From Phoronis australis (Eukaryota > Animalia > Phoronida), in assembly GCA_002633005.1 (NCBI GenBank), contig NMRA01000006.1:2214795-2278794 (forward strand): a stretch of DNA of 64,000 bases, in the 5' to 3' direction. Position 1 is the first letter of the stretch, and every line of letters begins with the position of its first letter. Both the position numbers and the translations under genes were made by a program. Below, piece after piece: positions 24,659 to 38,400 of the stretch. Under the pieces are notes generated by a model, which saw nothing but the letters and a program-made list of their open reading frames with translations, was not told the DNA's origin and searched no databases.

Positions 24659-25104
24659 TGTAGTGATATAAAGGCATCTCTTACTCGCTTACGAGCACTT
24701 GCTCTTTGGTTGACTGGTTAGGACGCCTGGCATTGATCGGCACAAGAGGTTCCCAGCGGGTTTGAAACTTGGACTAGGTGATTTCTCACTACATTCATTG
24801 ACATTGGCGCCCTACAATGGTCCGTAATCACAATGGCAGAAAGGGACCACACAGTCTCCTGAGTTTGATAGTGGCTGAGGAGCAGGTGGATGTATAGTGG
24901 GCGATCTGATGTTGAGTTCCAGGTGGCGTTACCCCTAATCATTGGATGGGTTGAGTGTTGGGAATCTAGTGTAGTAATAAAGGCCTCTCTTAATCACTCG
25001 ACTACAGAAAATTGTTCTTTTGTTGACTGGTTAGGATGCCTTGCATTACACTTACAGCAAGAGATGCCGAGTTTGAAACTTGAACTAGGTAATTTTTCAC
25101 TACG
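24659..25104 (+). mobile_element. TRIM-like element: two 135-bp LTR-like repeats with tRNA-like A/B boxes
   Basis: 24659-24793 runs TGTAGTGA...TCACTACA and 24970-25104 runs TGTAGTAA...TCACTACG. Both share GTTGACTGGTTAGGA and GTTTGAAACTTG. PBS-like TGGCGCCC is at 24805. No clean TSD or PPT. Confidence 0.5.
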
Positions 25105-26467
25105 CTACGTAGCAGTAGAGAATGTAACTTCCCTTAGGGCCTTCATATGCCAGGAGCTTTTTGGCGAATTATGCCTCACACTGATTAAACCATCAAAGTC
25201 ACGTTGCTATATAATGTGCATAGAGGGACATCTTAGGAAGCAGTCGATGTCTTTTAATTCCTTCCATATTGAACAAATACTCCGGAAATCAAACTTTTTT
25301 TGAGCAATCCTTCGTTCTGTTGCCCAAATCGACCATTTTTACAATGCTCGCACAAGGGGATATGTGAGTGCCACCATATCTACTGCTGAGTAAAGATGGT
25401 GGCACTGTCCATGAGACAAATCCTTTACTAATATTTGGGGATTTGTTATCCCAGTGCCAAAGCGAGCCTCAGCCAGACTGTGTCTAACCTGTCATAGTTG
25501 ATTCACAAATTAATGCTCATTGCTTAGCTCAGTGCTGAAGAAAATCTGTTTGGTATTTTCACTAATAATGTCTTGATTTTAAAAATTCAAAGATGGCTAA
25601 TATTTACTATTCAATTTTAGAAACAGTCATGTTGATCTTTTATCTTACTTATTGATCGATTTTTGACTTAAAAACTCGTACCCAAAACGGGCGTGTTGAC
25701 TTATGACCGCAATTATCTCATCCAGCATGTTCAGCCTAGACCACGAATAGCGACTAGCTCACTTCAGTCTGTGATGACACCATCAAGCTTTTGATATGCC
25801 GAGGACTTCGCTGGATACTCTGCAGTATATGGTGCACGCTTTCTCATCCACTTGTTTGCAAATCTTGTAAGCAAAAGATTTGCCTAATGTGTTCCCCAAG
25901 TTACATCACTGTGGCACTAACATCCAATATTTTTCTTGAACTGGTTTGAAGCATTAAGGGTGAAGTCCAGTTTTTTTAAATATTAAATTTGTATTGAAAT
26001 GTAATCAGAAATACCTGAAATTACTTCATAGCCACAGCTAGCATTGAACACGGTGCAAAGGTGAGCCATCAAAGTCACCATGCTAAGTAACTTTCCTGTT
26101 TATAGGGAAACTTCTGGAAGCCATCAATATTTTTAAATGATCAGGTAAATACTTTGGCTATGGTTAAGTCTCTATTTTAGGACACAGTATAGCGGACTAG
26201 TAAAATTGTACTTTCGCAATTTTTCATAAAAGATAGGTAACCCTGAAATAATGCTGAATGTCACATTTAAGCTACCATAAGATTAGACAATATGTTTGCT
26301 GCAAAACTGTCAGCATTCAGTACAAAATAAAAAACCTTAAAAATGAAAAAGGTCAATCTTGGCAATAATTTTTGTCTGAGATACGGTGTGATTTCACCTG
26401 ATTGCGGTTTGTTTTCAACATGTTCATGTCCTGACTAGCAACAGCATGTGCTTACCTTTTCCAGAGA

Positions 26468-29400
26468 ATGATGACAGAGGAACTGTGTCAACAATTCCGA
26501 TACAAATTTGGCTGTAAAGGTACACAGTCAACCTTGACGGTTCCCGTTCCGATACCCCTGAAGCAGACGGCGAGTGACCTGACTGGACGTCTGGTAGCTG
26601 CACATAACTTACCTTGTTATGCGCAGGATGGTAAGCCAGTTTATTCAGGTTTAATTTTTGTGTCGTCAAATCATTTTGATAGTGTTCTTTTACAAAGAAT
26701 ATAGTGCACATTAACTGGAGTTAAGCCCAGAAAGTGGTAGAAAGAATTATATCTGGGTGTCAAAAATATTAGTAATACATAGATATCAATATAATAAGTG
26801 AATGCAAATTTACATATACTGTCAAGTGGACCCAGCTGTTTATAACGTTTGCTTGCATATAATTTTCCATTCTGGTAGTCCCAGTTTCCTTTTAAGCAAG
26901 ATACCTTTTCTCTTTTTTGTTTTTAATGAAGAGGGACACGACGTCCATACGGTCACAATGTACCAATTTCGATGTCGTTGTGGGTAACTTCATCAACTTT
27001 ACAGCAAAGCAGCGCATGTGAATCTAAAAATTGATCACGTGCGGGCTCTTCCGTATCAAATTTGTGTACAACATGTGACACACTGGCACGTGATCTGTTG
27101 CACAAGGCAGAGCATGCTGTTAGACAACCTTACATATATGACAAAATGGCAAGTAAGCGGGTCTATGGATCTTATTTTCTCTAAAAGGTGATTCAGTTGC
27201 AGAGAACCTCGGTTGCAACGTACGTCTTTGATTAGTGTCAGGGTCCATTGTTCCTAGGTTTGAGAGTACATATACAAATGCACCAGAAATTTCTGTGATA
27301 TAATGAAAGTTACCATACCATTATGAATATGGATGTATGGATGTAAATATTAATAAGAATGTAAGGCACTAGTGTGCAGTGTTTTGCCAGAAAAGATTAT
27401 GAAGTCATACATTGCCAAATCTAACGAGATAGGCTTATTGGCTCACTTTCTTCTATGTCTCTGCGAGAATTCTAAAACAATTCAAACATCTCTGGAAAAC
27501 ACTCGTTGCTGTTCTTTTCAATATACTCTAGAACCCATGACAGTTGCATACGTTTCTCTAATGCTGTTACTGCCGAATGCTCAAAACTATTGCTATCATT
27601 CATTCCTTGTTTATTACGCGCAGTGATGCAGTGTTTCGCAAAAAGGCTACATCACGTATCACTTGACGTGCCTGTGTTTGTGTGGCTAAATTGTGATTTC
27701 ATGTGTTGCTAAAGCTTACCATTACTAAGTGGATAGTCCAATATTTCTAGAATAACAAAAATCCTTTTGAGGAAGACTTCAAAGCTATGTTCCTAGGACT
27801 TGTACAACCTGATATTTTTTAATTAAGCGGACAGGCAGCTATTGGGCACACCTGGTGTGCACTCCGTAAAGGTGAGAGTTTTGTGGAAACGCAAGAACAT
27901 GCAAGACTTCACAAGGTATCGCTGCTATGTGTTACAAGCAAAGCACATGATCACACTAGCTTCGTTAGAGAGTATCTTGCAACTTCAAAACTGTACACTG
28001 GCTTGCTTTCGCAGTTGAAGTTCATTGTGTCGTAAACTGTTAAATCACTGTTTACATTCATTTTAACTTTACTTGCAGGTTTACTGTCTTCTCTAAGCGC
28101 ATTTATCAAAAACGAAACTGCCCTCTGGCATGATTCAAATGCCCAACAGGCCCTAGATAGACTGAGCAATGGTTTGGTTGACATTAAACAAGTTGGTTCT
28201 CAGTGGAATAAAGCATTTTCTGAGGTGAGACTTAGGACTAATCAGAGAAGTGTCTGAAACTGTGTTCAAATTAACTAAAATTACTCTAGTCAGTGTAATT
28301 CAGCATCGTTGTATCAGTAGCTGGGTGATGTGTTGCTCATGCGGGATCCAAGTCAAGTTGAAATTCACCAATGGTGACGCATTTGACAAGATGGTTGACC
28401 TCATTCATCCAGGTTAATTACTAGATGCAGGGAAGAATGTATTACAGTACGTTACATAATTCGTGATTTTTGATTTTTTGTATCGCTATCCATCAGTTTG
28501 ATGAGTGAAAAAATGCTTCCTAATACAAATACAGTCTGTCTCATTGAAGTCAGTGGTACACATGAGCTGTCTGATTGGTACCCCATATGTTGCAAATTAT
28601 GTGCCTGTCGGCTGCCTGTAAATAGATTGGCATGTAAGGAGCATTAATTTCAAAATTTTCTCTTTGTAACCAGATTGCTTTGATATTTTTCTTAGGTTTT
28701 TTAAAAATGCATTTTTACGTGGTCAGAACGTAGTTTGTTAAATACAATATCATTGTGATAGACCATCCTGAGTATATCTAACACACCTAATCAGGACTGT
28801 GGAATTTTCGTAGCAGATCACAAGTCTTTGCTCGGTAGACGACATACAGTTTCACACAAACACACACTAAGCTGGTGGCGTTAAAAGATTCGCCTGAGGA
28901 ATCGAGACATCTGTCTTCATGTTTTTGCTTTTTTGATGGGCTAGCTTCTCCAGTTCAGTCCCTGAAGTGCATGAAATTTCATCGCATTCCATTTGCCTTC
29001 TCAAGTGGAGCAAACAGCGAACTTCTAACATGCAGTTTTTTTAAGATTATGAAAGCACAACTTTCCCTGACCAATTTCAAATTCTCATGTGCAAGATGGG
29101 TCGCGCTGACATTGACAAAATGCAAGTTCATTGAATCAATTAATTTCTGCATTAAAGGCCATAAGCTCAGTGTATACAAAAGAACAGCATGTAACATCCG
29201 TAAGAGTGCAGTAAGCTATCATGGAGACGAAAAGCATAAAATAAATATTTATATAGGTTAGCTAATTTAGCATCATCACTTGTTGACATTGAACTAAATG
29301 AACTTGAAAAAAGACGGAAAATTCCAGTAGTACACTTCAATATAATTTTCTCTCTGTTCAGAATATTTACCACAGCTTTGAAGGAAACAGTACTCGTCTT

Positions 29401-32400
29401 CTACAACATTGGGGCAGAAGGGACACATGATGTCCTTGTTTGCTTATGTGCTTCTGAACCATAGTTGACAACATAAAATTTGGTTGACAGTGCTATATCC
29501 CTTTTGGAACCCTGCTTGGCATTCATACAATTTTATTTNAAAACACCTTTGAAAATACGTTAAAATGCGCTAAAACAGTTGTCCCTTCCTGGTTATCTCT
29601 TCCTGCTCTCCATAGCCCAATCAGTAAGACGAACATTTAAACTTTTCCGATCACTGGCAGAGGGGAAGTTCATTCATTCCTAGACATTTTGCCACGTTAG
29701 ACTTGTTTTTCATATCTCACCACGCAACAATGGTAATTTGAAGACGTAATGATCTCAGTGAATTTATACTTTTAAGTCACAGTTGAATGTTGTTACTTCA
29801 ATACAACGAAGCACTAAAGTTTACTTTGTTACATTGGTGCCCCATTGGAAATCATTGGAAATCAGCTTAATCATTTACATGATGTCAACTTGTGTTCCTG
29901 GAAATACAACAGGACTTACTTATCTTTGTAGGAGGTTGCAGCCTATGCTAAGCCAGATGTTGATAGTGACGAGTCTGTCTTTTCCAAGGTCTATCACTCG
30001 CTGATTCACTCGGCCGCCATGGAACAGATGCTCAAGTTAGAGCACGCCTACGCCCTGGATATGGCCAGTTTACTTCAACAGAAAGAACATGACTTGGCTC
30101 ATCTGGAGAAAAGGTAACTGTGACTCAACCTCACAGTGTGCATTGAAACCCGGCTCGTTTCACAACACCTTGTACTTGTACAGTAGATTTGTTCAAGAAC
30201 TGCAAGCGTGATCAAATCTTGATGTCTGAAACTGATCTAAGTTCCTTTTCTATTGAGCAGGGCAACTATCGCTTTAAATTAGTGATGACAGCAATAAAGC
30301 TCTGGCTGAATTTATCAATTCCAATTTCATGGACTGAATTTTTTAATTGTTTGACTTCTGAAATTGAAGTTGAATTTGAGCTGCTAGCAGTTCTATTTTC
30401 AACCGAATGCAGAAATTTGAAATTTCAAACTGTGTTTTCCATCTATGGTCTTCTCAACTGATGTGAGTTCAAACTCATTTCTTCAGACTGTTTTGGCTAA
30501 TTGTTACAGACAGGCAGCGGAAGTAGATGATGCTTTGAAGAATATTGGCCTTATTTATACCGATGAACAAGTGAATCAGCTGACACAACGGCACATCGAA
30601 AACACGCAGGTACTGACTATAAATGTTATGTTTGCGTTAATTCAATGTAATTCTTGTTACGGTGACCCACAGGGGTCCGTGTTATGATAGTGACTCAATA
30701 CTTAAGAAATTTGGTTTAATTTACTCTCGCACTTCACAATTTGTGAATAAAAGTTAAGCCACGTAATTATTGTGAGTGTGTCACAATCTAGAAATAATTT
30801 GTAGAAATTATATCAGTGACCAGTAGTGCTTATTCTCAGAGACTTAGCACTTTTACTCAAGTGAGAATTAATTATTTTTCAGAAATCACAGTTTTGTGTA
30901 GCACTTTTCTTGAAACAGGTTCCTGTGCCCAGTTGCACGAAACAGTCCCAAATAGGGGCTCGACTAAGTTCCCTAAATCTACTGCGTATTTGTGTCTTTC
31001 TTTGCTCACAGGTGTAATTTTTTTCTATCGTTTCAGTTTTATTATGAGCTCCTTTGACTTATGAAAGTTTCTTGTGATATAACTCAAAACTGAGTCTCGA
31101 GTTCAGTAATATTAAACAGGGACTTAGTCCTTAAATTAGGGACATTGCATGAAAAGATACCTGTCTATTTCTGATAATATTGAAAATTCAATGCGGAGTT
31201 CACTCTCGATTTGTATCAAAGGCAAAACGTGATTTAGTAATGAAACTAAAATAGTATATAAGAAAGGACAATCGGCGTTTTCACAAGTCCACAAATACTG
31301 AATAGATTTATGGAACTTAGTTGAGTCCCTCTTTGCTACTGTTTCATACAACCAGGTACTAAGCTAAATTTTGTCAAAATTGGGCTGTCTCTGTCATACA
31401 AAATAAATATTATATTGTGCCATTCTCAGTTAAAAAGTTTGGTGCCCTTATCCTTGATGTGAATTTAAATTTCAAGACTTTTGAGCATTATGTACTAAAA
31501 CCAAATGTTCCCAGAGTTTTTGTTCGACATCTGTTCTTAGACATTGGTTAATTTACTGATACTTTCTCATATTGCATGTTTTATGTGATTTTGACGTTTT
31601 TTGAGATACATAATTACTGTATTAGTTCGACTTAATGCTTTGATCATGTTTAAAATGAGAAACTTAGAAAGAATTGAGAATGGTTGGGCAATTTCACAAC
31701 CGAACACAAACATTTTAAACGGAATTATTTGAAGATTTTAGCTGAGTGTGAGCTTTTAACCCAAATGGACACGGTACATTTCTGAATTTAAACTTCTTGT
31801 AGATGATCGAGAGCCAGTGGGATAGTCAAGTAACTAGTCTCCAAGAAACCCAGAAGAGGGAGTACAAGAACTGGCTAATGAATGTCAGTGACGATATCAA
31901 CTCATCCCAACAAGTCCCGACATACATGTACGTAAATTGAAGAGCTGTATGCTAAAAACCAAATAATGGTAAAATTTCTCCAATTTTGGATCAAAATAAT
32001 TGCCAAAATTACACGCTTTTTCATTTTTCAAATGCTTCTAACTTTTTTGTGAATGCATTAAAATCTTTCAAAATTTTGTCTGTTGGTAACTATGGCACAT
32101 AACTTGGGTATGGCAGGACATCATTCTGGTACTGTATAGCATGTATGAAGAAATGAGAAAATAAAATTTCGTTTGTCTGCCATATTGTGTCGTAAATTGG
32201 TGAGATGTTACCACGGTTTCATATTAGGTAGATAGGATGTTATGTCAGATTGCTCTACTCTCAGTATTTCCAAGATTTGATCGAGTGCATTAATAACTGT
32301 ATGTATACCTGCTTGTAACTGATCACGACTTATTTTTGTATCTAGTCACTGAGATAGAATTGTTCATTTTGTAAGATAAAGAGGCTGACAAGGTATCTTG

Positions 32401-35400
32401 ATACACTTAACTCCAACCGTCATGCTTCTCTTAGTTTATAGAATAGGAAACTATCCCAGTGTTGTGTTTGGGTACTTCAACGATTATGCTAAAAATTTTC
32501 AGTTTAGGCCACAAAATGCCTGAAAAGGATTATTTCATATTGTCAAATTTCTCGACAAAAATTAAGAAAATTGTATCTCATTGTCCTCATGTTTTACATC
32601 ATTACAGCTATCTCCAAGAAACATTCAGTTTTACATTTTGAGCATTTGCAGTAACGCAGTGATTAAGAATTTGAAAGTATGTAAAACAGCCAACTACGTT
32701 TATCCCAAATTGAAGATTTGTTACTGTCAACCATGGGAGATAACTGCTGTTCACTTGGATGGCTTTGTTTCCTCTTATTATATGGTCTATGTCCACTTGT
32801 CATTGCTCACAAAGTTCTGTTGGAATATTGAAATGGAATCATAGATCGTAGACAATAGATTCGAATCTCTGATATTTACATTTGGAATTTCCAGAGGAGG
32901 CGTTACTTTTTGGCTAGTGGTCAGACGACTAACTTGCCGAAAGTAAAACAGTGATTCACACCAGGTGCTGCTGGTGAATATTGACTTCTTGGCCAATAGT
33001 GATAGTCACGACTTGTGCATACGATCACAGATTTTGACCATTGAGAATATACAGAGTTGGGGCCCATGTACCATAGTTAATGACGGAGTGTAGTAATTTC
33101 AATCGTGGATTATTGTTGTATCCGTTATTCACTCTCTGCAGGACAGCAATGCCATCTTCCCCTATGATTGACTGCACCCCTGCCCTGCTCTCAAGAATGG
33201 AAGAAAGTTTTACTATTCATTTAGGTAATGACACTGTCTGTGGTTTAATGTAGTTCTTATAAGACTATTACTGCATTTTACCTACAACTTATGCCCGCAT
33301 TTAAACCCATGATTAGGGAGCATGTGTCTGAGCTTCATAGGTGGGTGTTCGTTATCCAGGCACTGGATATATTTGCATTTTTAGTATCCGTCATATACAA
33401 ATATGGACTAATCTCGAGGGTGATATCAGATTACATGGACCAAGGGACAGTAATATTGCTCATATAGCTCTCCCGACGTCCACATGACCTGATACATCCA
33501 AGGGATTGGTCTACATTAATTTGGTTTTATTACTTATGACCGCTGATTTTTCATTTCATGACGCAGTCCCTCATTCACATTATCGTGGAGTGCATCCTTT
33601 GGGGGTGTTAAGTTCACTTTGATAAGTGATGGTGTTCACAAGTCAAGCTGTACCATTGTGTCGCTGGGGAAAGTTGCAGAATAGAGGTTGGGACACAATA
33701 AAGGAACAGCAGTTGCAGTTTGCGTTATTTCTCTTTTCCTCTATTGTAGTCAACCAATTTTTGCGTTCAAGCAATGAAAAAAATGTTTTCAATGACGGAT
33801 TTAGTTTTTGTTATTAGCAGTGCCTAAAATGGGCTTTAAGGAATGTTGTCGTGAATGAGCATTGGTTATCACAAGCATCTATCTCTGTGCCCTAATCTCT
33901 AAACAAATGAATCCTGTCACAAAAGTCCAGATCCTTTGGTAAATGCCTATTGTAATCCCAACAAGTCGCTGGTTGGGAAATGCAATGCAGTCAGTGCCCA
34001 ATGTCTTATTAAATTAGCTCGATTTTAGTATACTTACTTTGTCGTACTGACATGGTCTGTTCCCTTCATGGTCAGGGTTTATGGTTTGCATATCATCTGA
34101 TTGGTCAGATCGCAAATAGGGACTTCTGACATGCTGGTGGCATGAATGAAAAGTGATATTCCAAACTAAGTTGGTAAATACTGCGCTATGTCAGAAGTTG
34201 TTGTACCCTGCTTCAGCCAGTAAAGATGACAGAGGTATCAGTGGTCATGTAATAATACATAATCTTACATGGAAGAATATCAACATCAATTGTTATTACA
34301 CTATACTCAAGTGTCATTTTCGTGCTGTTAAACTCACTCTTAAGTGTTTTACTCTCCATGTGCTTATTTATGGAGCTTCACATGCAGGTTCTTGGATCTG
34401 CACAGTAGTTTTGTATCATGTTGTAGTTTAGAAATAGTTTTTCTGTTTGTTCAGAAATAATTATGTCCATGTCAAGGTGAATGGCCAGAGCATTTAAACT
34501 GTTCAAGAGGGAAATTATTGAAAATTCTAGGAAAGGTGTGTTGCCACAGGTGAGCGTTAACCTGGTATTCTGTTATCAGCTGTGTATCGTTGTTTCTGCA
34601 GGTGCTCAGTTGAAAACCACACACAATTTAAGGTTGCTGTCTTGTGACATTCTAGACCTATGTCGTCACCAACCAGTTGGGTAAGGTTTTACTTTGTTCC
34701 ATATTTCTAGTGAGACATTTTTGCTACAAATTCTGTGTCTATTATAAGCTTGCTGGGTACTGTGCAGATGTAATAACAACATTTGATAGAAGTTTCCGTT
34801 ATTTCCAGTAAGGTAACTGGCCATTGAAAGATCAAAAAATGACAATTTTTGCAATTATTTTCATGTGAAATAAGTGAAGAACTGCCATATATACAAGAGA
34901 CTTAATTTGAACATGCTTCAAAATATTTTAGTTGAAAGGGACATTATCGTTTTGGCTGCCAAATGGTTTCACAGTTTTGGTATTATTGTTGAATAGGGTT
35001 GACTTTTGGAAGGGAACAATGGCCAGAGCTTTAAAACAAAAAAATTGTTGTTTTTGTGCATTTATTGCACATTGCCAATCCTCTCCTTTGGCTGCCAGAC
35101 ATTCACGAATTGTAAATGCCTTTGACTTATCCATTAAATATGATTAAAATAATCTGCTATTTAACGCACAGGATTCGGCTCAGGTGTACCACTGTTGGCT
35201 GTTACTGCTGAATTAGAAGGCTAGGTTTCACACTTCTGAATCTGTAAAATTACTTTCTATTAAAAATGTGTTTCTGGTGTGAAAACTAATTAGTAAATTT
35301 TCTGAAGTTTCTTCACAATTTGGAACATTTGATTTCCACTTATGTAATGTTTTGAACCATGTTGCATTTTTTCTAGCGGCAAGCCATCTCCACAACGCAT

Positions 35401-38400
35401 TCAAACTGCTATGTCGCTGTACTCCAACAGTCTCTGTGGAATGATTCTGTTAGTTGATAAACGGTTGAATGCCTACACTGGAATTAAAAGAGGTATTAAC
35501 AGAGAAAGGATTGACTAGACTTCTAGATTATTTGTTTCCACAGGAATGTAAATTAATGTACGTGTGAAGTTTTTGGATCCTCTTGTCAATGTCTATTCTC
35601 AAACTACTGTTGCATTGGGTTTGAATGTGTTGCGTTACGGCAAGGGTCTTAATGTACAATTGTAAGAAGTTTTCAGATGGAATTGTCAGGAGTTATTATT
35701 CATACACCGATTGCCTTCTTTCCTGATGTAAGCAAACTCCCTGATCTATCTTGTGAATCTGTTGGAATCTCTTTTCAAGGTGGAAATGTTCTTTCAGTGT
35801 ATATCATAATTATTTTGCATGGCATGATCAGTAATTTCAGATTTGTGAATAATGTTCTTTTCATGTCTGGACTCTTCTCACAGTTGTATGTTGAGGCCTT
35901 ATTAGCCAATCACATTCACTGACCCTCATCGTTATGCCACACACCCCAAGCCTATGCGTAGAGTAGAGGATCTGAAAATTTTCCAACACGTATGTTAATT
36001 TTTGTCTGTGCGGGAAAGAAACTTGTGTCTTGTTTTGTCTTAACTATCACATTTTTGCTTGACTTTGTTTTTTCTTTGCCATTGTTAGTTTTACGTAATT
36101 ATTACCTTGGCGTGAGAGTCAGTGGTGGAAATATTGAGTTCTGAAATTAGTGCTTTAGAACCGTTACTCAAATATACACTGTACACATCACACTATTTGT
36201 GTGCAACTGACTTTTCTTATGGTACAGTGTATGTGCATGCGAAGTACAAATGGTTATTGGTCAATTTGTCTCCAAAATTGCAAAAATTCCCGTACTTTAC
36301 TTGGCATAAATAGCGCTGTATTCAGATCTTTAAGGGCCCCGTCACAGCAAGGGTGTCTTTACTACGATTTCAAATACGGGATAAAAAAACCTGAGTGTGA
36401 ATTAACTAAGTGTTGTAGAATCTGTGTATGAACTTGAAGACGGTGTCGCATTTGGGCACGAAGTTTTTTCCTGAAGTTGCCCGTTTCTGCTCTTCCTTAT
36501 AGGCCAGTAGCCAGAATTGTGTACCTAAAAATGTTTGGTAGTATAAGGTTTTTTGTTTGTTTCATGTCTAGGTATCACCCCTGAAGCATTTTAGCTGGGT
36601 TGTAACCATAGCAATCTTGAGCATTTTTGATTATGTACTAAATTAAGGCTGCCATTATGCAAAATTCTACTTTTCCTTACCAGGAAGGTAGATGATTTCG
36701 ATGTTTTACCTGTTTCAACGGTCAATGAATTTAACAGAGCTACTTTGAAGGTGGATGCAATGAGAATTTGCATAGATTATGGAAATTATAGCACTCATAA
36801 TTGAAAATTCTACTTGTGGTTACTGCTGCTGGTATCAGGTATCACAGGCTAATTATATTGATATTTACACCCATGTTTCTTGTGTATAAAGGAAAGCAGT
36901 TTGCAGGTTGTTGCGTGATAAATTTGCATGATTTATGCAATTAATGGCCACCATAATTTAAAATTCTGAAATTTAAAATTCTGTTTCTGCTCACAATAAC
37001 CGCCTTACAACTACACCATCAAGCTTAATAAACTGTAAAGATTTGTTAGAAAATTTCCAAAGCCAACAACTGAAGCATAACCTGACATTCAAATAACATC
37101 TCTTTTTTAAGTTTAGCAAATTACTGCATTACGATGACTCAGGGCAGTAACATACTGGCTGAAATAAATTAAATTATTGTTGACTTTTCGATCTGCTTAA
37201 CTTCTGACACTAAATTCCTTGTGAAAAATTATGTTGGAGTTGTTTTTGATTGAAGAAATACAAGAAATATTAGCCAAAACGATGTCGTCATTTCTGTTTT
37301 ACTGACAAATGCACATGGTAATTGTTTTATGACTTGTGAGGGCTAACAAAAGAACATATAAACTGAGTTGTTGTCTGATCTTGGAAACCACTTTCGTCTT
37401 AAATTGAAACTGTACTGTGGATATTTAATGTAATGATTTGAATGTGCTTGAAACAGAACTGAGAGAAATTTTGACTTTCCTTTCCTAGAATTTGCCCAAG
37501 CCTGCCAGCAGTCAACAGATTTTCACTTTCCAAGCCTTGATCGTCAGTTTGCAAATGTTGAACAGCAGTTACCCAAAGCCAACGAGTTTCGCCACCTGCA
37601 GAGGCTCTCTGAAGAAGGAGATAAGATTAGTGTGCAAAGTGGAGGAAGTGGGTCCAGTGATAATCAGGTACCATGCCATTTTTTCTTGTTCATTTGTTCA
37701 CATGGTTACTATGACGTCTTCCAACTGCATCAAGCAATTAAACTATGCCAACTTAAATTAATGTACATTGAGCAATTCACTTATTTTGCAAAAACAATTG
37801 CCAAAACTGTCATTTTTTCAATTTTTCTATTTTTCAAAGACCAATTATTTTTGCTACGAATGGCGGAAACTTTGCCATAATTTTTTATGGCTAAAATTAT
37901 CTTCATCTGTATTTCTGTCGAGAAATTTTAAAATATAGAATTTCGGTTGTTGGCCATATTGTGTGCTAAATTGAGTGAAGAATTACTGTATGTGACCGTG
38001 AACAAGAGGACAAGTTGTTGAAATAGTGACTGTTATTTCTTGAATTTGTTCAATAAATTGTGGTTGAACACGGTACATAACTTGTCATCAATAACCTAAC
38101 AACAAAGCGGATTGCAGGGTGAATTGTGTACAGCTGATTGATAGTTGACACCAATATTTTGTTAGACTACCTGAGTTTTGTTAGACAGTTGCCTCAAACA
38201 TCCACTATAAGTAGTGTGGTTGAAAGTTGTTAAAATTGGTTTTAGATAAATGACCATTCAGTACCATGTCATCGCTTTGGTGTTTTGGAGATTTGGTATT
38301 GGTCAGTGGAATGCTTAAATTCTCTCTTAGAACGAAGTTATTTCTTTCTTAATGGGCACCCAACTCCTGATATTTGAATAATTTAACATGCAAAAACTTC

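Noticed and set aside
32376-32392. FERRY3 microexon (IKRLTR) with GTATCTT donor
   Set aside because: It fits only with an alternative upstream donor (31931) and a weak acceptor, and the gene is already in frame without it.
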